NCBI GenBank assembly: GCA_034439715.1
Contig: JAWXAY010000066.1
Coordinates: forward strand, 1 to 10,685
From: Pseudomonadota bacterium
GTDB lineage: Bacteria; Bdellovibrionota; Bdellovibrionia; Bdellovibrionales; SG-bin7
Length of the DNA stretch: 10,685 bases
Direction of reading: 5' to 3'
Below, one piece after another: positions 7,451 through 10,685 of this stretch (position 1 is its first letter; each line of letters opens with the position of its first letter). A program made the position numbers and the translations under genes. Below the pieces are notes generated by a model. The model was given only the letters and a program-made list of their open reading frames with translations, was not told the DNA's origin and did not search any database.

Positions 7451-8733
7451 TGCTTTCAGTAGAACTTTTAACTCTCATTCACTCTGGCCAACATCTCAAA
7501 GCCGAAACATTTATCAATGAGTATTTAAGAAACTATGAGTCCGACAAAACCAATTACGCCATCGGACTATTTTATCGATCTTGGCTGCAACGTGGACAAG
7601 GCCTCCAACTCACCGCCGAGGCGTTAACCACCACTCAACAACTTACCACTATTGCATTAGAGCTCGATAACCCCTACATTTTGGCGTTAAGCCTGTTTCG
7701 CCGCGGTGACGTGGCCTTTTGTAAGGGACAAATTACTCAAGCCAAAACCCAATGGGAACAAGCCGAAAATTTATTCGAACATGATTCTTACGAATTAGTT
7801 TGGCTAAAGTATCATTTGGCTCTCGCCTACCGAGATCTTTTTGGCTACCAAATTGCCATTCCTAAATTTCAAGATGTCTTAAGCTTAAAAAGCAGCAGTG
7901 ATTCCCTTAAATACAAAGTCATTCGGGAATTATTTTTTTGTTACTGTTATCTCAAAGAATATCGCCAAGCTTACGAATGCTTTGAAAAACTCCAAACTAT
8001 CTACCCACACAGTGGCTTAGAAATCGACATTAAACTGTTTAAGTCTCACCTTAATATTTTAAAACGAAATTTCAGGGGCGCACGAACTCTATTACTAGAG
8101 GCAGTCCTCCTCGCGCGAAAATCAAATATTGGCCGTAATCGTCACGATTTTACTTTTCATTTGGCCTATCTCTATTCGCAACAAAAAGATTATCATAAGA
8201 TGTTTCGATTTATTTCAAAAAAAACTGACCCGATTTATAAACTACAACTCTTTTCTATTGCTCTAGAGCGCGGAGATTTTTCGTTTCTTAGCGAATATGA
8301 AGAGCTGGCCTACAGTTTAGATCTTACCCAATACATCGATAAAGCTAGTCGCTATAAAAAACAACGTCCTCTCAATTTTAAACAAATTATTAAAATTGAT
8401 GTCGCCAACAATTCTGCACTTTTAAAAGATACTAGAATTGAAGAGTTTGATAAAAAGGAGATTAGTTTCTTAGCACTACTGGCTGAATCTCAAAAACTTC
8501 CGAAATATAGAATAGCTCAGGAAGTTTTACTGGATAGTTTTTACGAGCCCAATTATCATGACCCCAAAATTTATAAGTTAGTCAGCAAAATCAATTCCGT
8601 ATTGGGGGCTGGCCGGATTTTAGTCAACCAGGATGGTTGCTATTTTCCAAATCCGACCATTGTTATTTCGATTCATAACTCTGAAAACTCAAAAATTAAA
8701 CTCGCTGCTAGCAAAATAATAGACTCGCTATAG
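7450..8733 (+). CDS. TPR-repeat protein with C-terminal OmpR/PhoB-like winged helix-turn-helix; putative transcriptional regulator
   Basis: 427 aa from ATG 7450 (TGATG overlap with the protease stop). TPR-like helices (RGDVAFCKGQITQAKTQWEQA; LALAYRDLFGYQIAIPKFQDVL; LAYLYSQQKDYHKM). C-terminal KEISFLALL...KYRIAQEVL...YEPNYHDPKIYKLVSKINSVLG...ILVNQDGCY resembles a trans_reg_C wHTH. Confidence 0.75.
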   Translation: MLSVELLTLIHSGQHLKAETFINEYLRNYESDKTNYAIGLFYRSWLQRGQGLQLTAEALTTTQQLTTIALELDNPYILALSLFRRGDVAFCKGQITQAKTQWEQAENLFEHDSYELVWLKYHLALAYRDLFGYQIAIPKFQDVLSLKSSSDSLKYKVIRELFFCYCYLKEYRQAYECFEKLQTIYPHSGLEIDIKLFKSHLNILKRNFRGARTLLLEAVLLARKSNIGRNRHDFTFHLAYLYSQQKDYHKMFRFISKKTDPIYKLQLFSIALERGDFSFLSEYEELAYSLDLTQYIDKASRYKKQRPLNFKQIIKIDVANNSALLKDTRIEEFDKKEISFLALLAESQKLPKYRIAQEVLLDSFYEPNYHDPKIYKLVSKINSVLGAGRILVNQDGCYFPNPTIVISIHNSENSKIKLAASKIIDSL

Positions 8734-8735
8734 AT

Positions 8736-9185
8736 TTATTGACACATTCTACGTGCGATCGAGGCTCTTATTTGTTCACACATAGCGATGGTTTTTTGGC
8801 CCCAGTCAGAAGCAAGAACATTATAGGTAGAAACAACACCAGTAGCGAGTAGGCTAGTTATGCCCATCGTGGCGTAGCCAAGTATACCAGTATCTACAAC
8901 GACGATTTCTTCAAGTGAGTATGCCACCCTTATTTTTTGCGATTGAAGGGTGCCATCTTTACTTTGTACGTCAAATGTTGCTTCGTAGGCTAAGTCCTCA
9001 TCTCCATTCTCATGCGCCTGTTCACAACTCAGCGTCATGTATTTTACGCAGTTATCTGCATTATCCAGCGAAAGACGAGGTTTGTCCGAATTGATTTTGT
9101 AGATTGCCGACGTCCATTTTTCTGTCTCGTAAGCGTACGCGCTCATTGTAAAAATAAAACTTAGACCTATAAAAAACATTTTCAT
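8736..9185 (-). CDS. Small secreted hypothetical protein (4 Cys, internal hydrophobic Gly/Ala/Thr-rich segment)
   Basis: 149 aa. Strong RBS AAGGAGA (9191-9197, - strand). Signal peptide MKMFFIGLSFIFTMSAYA with an A-x-A cleavage site. Confidence 0.85.
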   Translation of the reverse strand: MKMFFIGLSFIFTMSAYAYETEKWTSAIYKINSDKPRLSLDNADNCVKYMTLSCEQAHENGDEDLAYEATFDVQSKDGTLQSQKIRVAYSLEEIVVVDTGILGYATMGITSLLATGVVSTYNVLASDWGQKTIAMCEQIRASIARRMCQ

Positions 9186-9336
9186 AAATATCTCCTTAGT
9201 TGATACAACTCCAGACGTTAATATAATTCAATGAGACCATCTATGGTTATACCCAAAACGGATTTCTAAGTTGCTAGTATTTCAAAATAATAATGGTTGA
9301 TGGATGGAAAGTGACAATTATTGGGCTCAATTTCTG

Positions 9337-9369
9337 TGGCGGTAGCGAAGCTGCGGTGACGGCGTTACC
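9337..9369 (+). repeat. Direct repeat copy 2 (displaced mutS2 3' fragment; attR-like)
   Basis: TGGCGGTAGCGAAGCTG-CGGTGACGGCGTTACC (33 bp). A GC-rich island in an AT-rich intergenic region, identical to 6344-6377 apart from a 1-bp deletion. Confidence 0.93.
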
Positions 9370-10492
9370 CACCCTGGTTAATCTGATACTCCCGCAGCAA
9401 GTATAACCAACGCTCTTTTCGTTTTTGAAGTGGTACGGCAACTCGATCAAATAGTTGCTCGTCGGAAGGATAAGGGTCCTTAAATTCAGCCAGAGGCGTA
9501 AGTTCTGTTTTCCAGCTTTCAAATTCTTTTTCTAAATTCTTGGCCTCTAGTAAATCAAAAAAACTTTTCACGATTTCTTTCGAAAAGTTTTTCTCTAATA
9601 ATCTCCTTGGGCTCTCGGCATTTATCATTAAGTGCACAACACGTATTAGTCTGTTTCTCGGTGACTCAGTTCCATATTCATCAGAGGTCCACTTTCGACC
9701 AGGCTCCGACAGAGCTAGCGCCTCTGAAAAGTTAGCTGTATTGCCATCAATTGTTATCCGAGAGATATCAGAGTAAATTTGTTCAAGGGTACTTTGTATT
9801 TTAATTTTTTTATCCTCTTTTATATTTTGTGTTTTTACAAAGTCATCAAAAGCTACAATATGCGAAACGCGAATCCTGAGTCCCCTGGCCCATTCTTCGA
9901 GAAAAACGGACAGAGTATGATACGAAATATCGTGAAGAAATGTGATGCCAGTTTTAAATATCGGAAGCTTCCCCTCCTTAGCAAATCTTCGCACGTAATC
10001 ATGACTGGGAATTTCACTCGTCACCGCATAAAAGCCGATTGAAATCTGATCTCGGGGTTCTTGGGCTACAGATCTATTCCAAAGATCAATTCTATTTTGC
10101 AAAGCTTCTGGCGTCGGGATTATCATTGAGGTTTCATCGATCCTTTCGAATCCAAAAAATAGACCTAACTCTTCGCCCAGAGCTTTAATAAAATAGCGTG
10201 GGTCACCCTGGTTTGCTAGTCTGAATACCTCTACTTCAGAATACCACTTATCATCGATGCCCCTTTTTTTAATCAACAAGCCGAGTATTCCATTTGTGGT
10301 TTTTGCTTCGCCAACAATATTTAGATATTTGAGATTTGTTTTATTAGTTCTTGATATCATTGGCTGGGGATTAAAGTTCCGATCGAACTCAAAAGCGCTT
10401 GGGCAGCTACTCATTGTTTCGGAAGCTACCGTGGGAAGGACTCCTGTAAGGGTAACAAATAAGAAAGACTTGAAAAGACATCGTATAAACAT
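9365..10492 (-). CDS. Hypothetical protein, probably exported; HDxxxH motif
   Basis: Long ORF. Likely start is ATG at 10492 (375 aa), giving a signal-like N-terminus MFIRCLFKSFLFVTLTGVLPTVAS directly downstream of a sigma54 motif. Contains FLHDISYHTL. No family recognised. Confidence 0.75.
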   Translation of the reverse strand: MFIRCLFKSFLFVTLTGVLPTVASETMSSCPSAFEFDRNFNPQPMISRTNKTNLKYLNIVGEAKTTNGILGLLIKKRGIDDKWYSEVEVFRLANQGDPRYFIKALGEELGLFFGFERIDETSMIIPTPEALQNRIDLWNRSVAQEPRDQISIGFYAVTSEIPSHDYVRRFAKEGKLPIFKTGITFLHDISYHTLSVFLEEWARGLRIRVSHIVAFDDFVKTQNIKEDKKIKIQSTLEQIYSDISRITIDGNTANFSEALALSEPGRKWTSDEYGTESPRNRLIRVVHLMINAESPRRLLEKNFSKEIVKSFFDLLEAKNLEKEFESWKTELTPLAEFKDPYPSDEQLFDRVAVPLQKRKERWLYLLREYQINQGG

Positions 10493-10503
10493 ACGAATGT
10501 TAA

Positions 10504-10519
10504 AGCAAATTCTGCGCCA
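10504..10519 (-). promoter_or_regulatory. sigma54 -24/-12 promoter of the 9365-10492 gene
   Basis: Minus strand TGGCGCAGAATTTGCT: GG-N10-GC with TGGC and TTGCT consensus halves, correctly oriented toward ATG 10492. Confidence 0.7.
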
Positions 10520-10537
10520 ACAACTGGCACCTTTACC

Positions 10538-10554
10538 TGTCGAAGAAATTGACG
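10538..10554. promoter_or_regulatory. Imperfect dyad TGTC-N9-GACG upstream of the third sigma54 promoter
   Basis: TGTCgaagaaattGACG has the same 17-bp geometry as 6447-6463 but lies only about 20 bp from the -24 box. Confidence 0.25.
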
Positions 10555-10685
10555 GCTGCTGAGCCCTATTGAGCGCCTCAGCCAAGATCTTTAACTGGGT
10601 TCTAACTCGATTACTCGCATGCATCCGGCTCGCGCCATCCGGCCTTCGTGTTTTTGTTTTCCTTGCTTTGAATTTACCCCCTCGC

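Larger units (their letters stand above)
6344..9369. mobile_element. Putative ~3-kb inserted cassette/genomic islet at the mutS2 3' end, no integrase inside
   Basis: Bounded by 34/33-bp direct repeats derived from a conserved gene's 3' end. Cargo is three accessory-type genes. Parts are AT-richer by spot count (8161-8220: 17/60 GC; 5521-5580 in mutS2: 30/60 GC; only two spot samples). Confidence 0.55.

Noticed and set aside
9216..9243. dif/XerD-like arm TTATATTAACG on the minus strand
   Set aside because: No XerC arm at the correct 6-bp spacing. Likely AT-rich promoter DNA.
9274..10562. ORFs 9274-9522, 9540-9776, 9779-10042 and 10257-10562
   Set aside because: They overlap the longer 9365-10492 ORF and lack coding hallmarks.
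10558..10582. GCTGAG...CTCAGC hairpin as terminator of a possible upstream minus-strand gene ending at 10591
   Set aside because: 6-bp stem, large loop and no U-tract. The upstream ORF is too short in this window to support.
10493..10624. 44-aa N-terminal extension of the last ORF (start 10624; frame stays open to the window end)
   Set aside because: It spans a sigma54 promoter and would bury the signal-like segment. It cannot be wholly excluded without upstream sequence.
1..10685. CRISPR array, tRNA/rRNA, transposase or integrase
   Set aside because: No periodic repeats, cloverleaf or recombinase motifs were seen. The 34-bp repeat has only two copies, 3 kb apart.

Overview
Bacterial chromosomal window. 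Protein style and promoter usage suggest a Bdellovibrionota/delta-proteobacterium-like organism (inference only). The left two-thirds looks like core genome: a membrane-anchored or exported S8 subtilisin-like protease (275-1777, +), a convergent double zinc-ribbon membrane protein (1761-2501, -), apolipoprotein N-acyltransferase lnt (2525-4093, +) and an overlapping mutS2 (4086-6395, +). The most striking non-genic signal is a 34-bp piece of the mutS2 3' coding end (6344-6377) repeated about 3 kb downstream (9337-9369, one G missing). The two copies bracket an integrase-less cassette: an exported trypsin-like serine protease translationally coupled to a TPR + C-terminal winged-helix regulator, plus a convergent small secreted Cys protein. 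A further secreted hypothetical gene (9365-10492, -) has its stop codon inside the second repeat copy. Three of the exported-protein genes have clean sigma54 (-24/-12) promoters, each with a TGTC...GAC dyad upstream, and one appears to yield a leaderless mRNA. No RNA genes, CRISPR arrays, transposases or integrases were seen.
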